Assembly: GCF_963921235.1 (NCBI RefSeq)
Contig: NC_086097.1
Coordinates: forward strand, 4,526,001 to 4,590,000
DNA length: 64,000 bases
Direction of reading: 5' to 3'
Source of the DNA: Mobula hypostoma
Lineage: Eukaryota
Shown here: positions 62,911 through 64,000 of the stretch, piece by piece
Layout of the letters: the number at the start of each line of letters is the position of its first letter
Position numbering within the stretch: position 1 is the first letter of the stretch
Position numbers and translations under genes: made by a program
Notes under the pieces: model-generated
What the model was told of the DNA's origin: nothing
Database searches by the model: none
Seen by the model: only the letters and a program-made list of their open reading frames with translations

Positions 62911-63530
62911 ATTTCTAAAACAAGGAGCCCAAAACTGCAAACATCATATCCCTGCTCTTATATTCTATACCTCTAGAAATGAATGCCAACATTGCATTCA
63001 CCTTCTTCACCACCGAATTGACTGGGAGGTTAACCATTAGGGTTTCCTGCACAAGGACTCCCAAGTCCCTTTGTTTCTCTGCATTTCGAATTCTCTCCCC
63101 ATCTAAATAATAGTCTACCCGTTTATTTCTTACACCAAAGTGTATGACCATACACTTTCCAACATTGTATTTCATTTGCTATTTCTTTGCCCATTCCCCT
63201 AAACTATCTAAGTCTCTCTGCAGGCTCTCTGTTTCCTCAACACTACCCACTCCTCTACCTATCTTTGTATCATTGGGAAATTTAGCCAGAAATCCATTAA
63301 TCCCATAGTCCAAATCATTGACATACATCATAAAAATCAGTGGTCCCAACACCGACCCCTGTGGACTTCCACTGGTAATCGACAGCCAGCCAGAATAGGA
63401 TCCTTTTATTCCCACTCTGTTTTCTGCTGATCAGCCAATGCTCCACCCAGGCTAGTAACTCTCCTGTAATTCCATGGGCTCTTTTCTTGCTAAGCAGCCT
63501 CATATACAGCATCTTGTCAAAGGCCTTCTA
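62911..63530 (-). mobile_element. CR1 RT fragment
   Basis: GWLSITSGSPQGSVLGP and KCMVIHFG. Confidence 0.85.
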
Positions 63531-64000
63531 AAGATCATTGGAGAAAGTCCAGAGGAGGTTCACGAGGACGTCTTGCTTGCTGGCTTTTCAGGGGTCACTA
63601 AGCTGTGTAAGAGACTCTACATATTAGCACTCGTTAAGCCGAGAAACGTTGATATTTCTTTTCCTCATCCACATCGTTCGCGTTACAACCCTCTTAATGT
63701 ACAATTCCCAGTCCTCGTTAGCACTATCAGATTTGTCAGCTTTCTCGACTAAAGTTGATTTTACTTTAGCTTTGCTGATTGTGTGTACTGTGCATTATTA
63801 CTCACGCATGCCTTTGTTAGTGTCTGTGTTGGCTTTCTCTGTACAGATTCACTCCTTCCTCTCGTTGTCTCTCTTCGCTCCTCCGAATTCTGTCGTCTCA
63901 TAAATGTCGGTGCAGTTGATGATATCACTGACATTCAGGTTTGTACTCATCACCAATTTGTTGTGTCTGTACAACTACAAATCAATTAAATAAAGGCATG

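Noticed and set aside
41640..64000. A second serpin paralogue or other host gene upstream
   Set aside because: No serpin or other host protein motifs were recognised, and the interpretable ORFs are transposon-derived. Small exons cannot be excluded by eye.

Overview
Vertebrate genomic DNA, most likely from a cartilaginous fish (ray or shark). That assignment is inferred only from the repeat landscape (abundant CR1, V-SINE/HE1-like and Deu-SINE elements, Penelope, Rex1/Babar). The one host gene I can support is a minus-strand alpha-1-antitrypsin-like clade A serpin. It has four coding exons (40771-40102, 29748-29478, 16446-16299, 83-<1, the last running off the window edge), all with GT-AG boundaries and matching phases. 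A probable non-coding exon 1 and TATA/HNF1/FoxA promoter lie at about 41442-41583. The protein keeps an antitrypsin-type P1-P1' Met-Ser, but it has a bulky hinge (A-S-V-V) and is strongly cationic. The 10-16 kb introns and the upstream 22 kb are mostly nested transposons: CR1, two RTE copies, Tx1, Rex1/Babar, two Penelope-like elements, a degenerate Gypsy, solo LTRs, hAT derivatives and SINEs. The most notable non-coding signal is a set of minimal hammerhead ribozyme motifs in Penelope-derived repeats. One intact-core copy lies in sense orientation in serpin intron 4, inside one arm of a ~440-bp inverted repeat. Repeat family names come from motif recognition, not database searches, and boundaries of old repeats are approximate.
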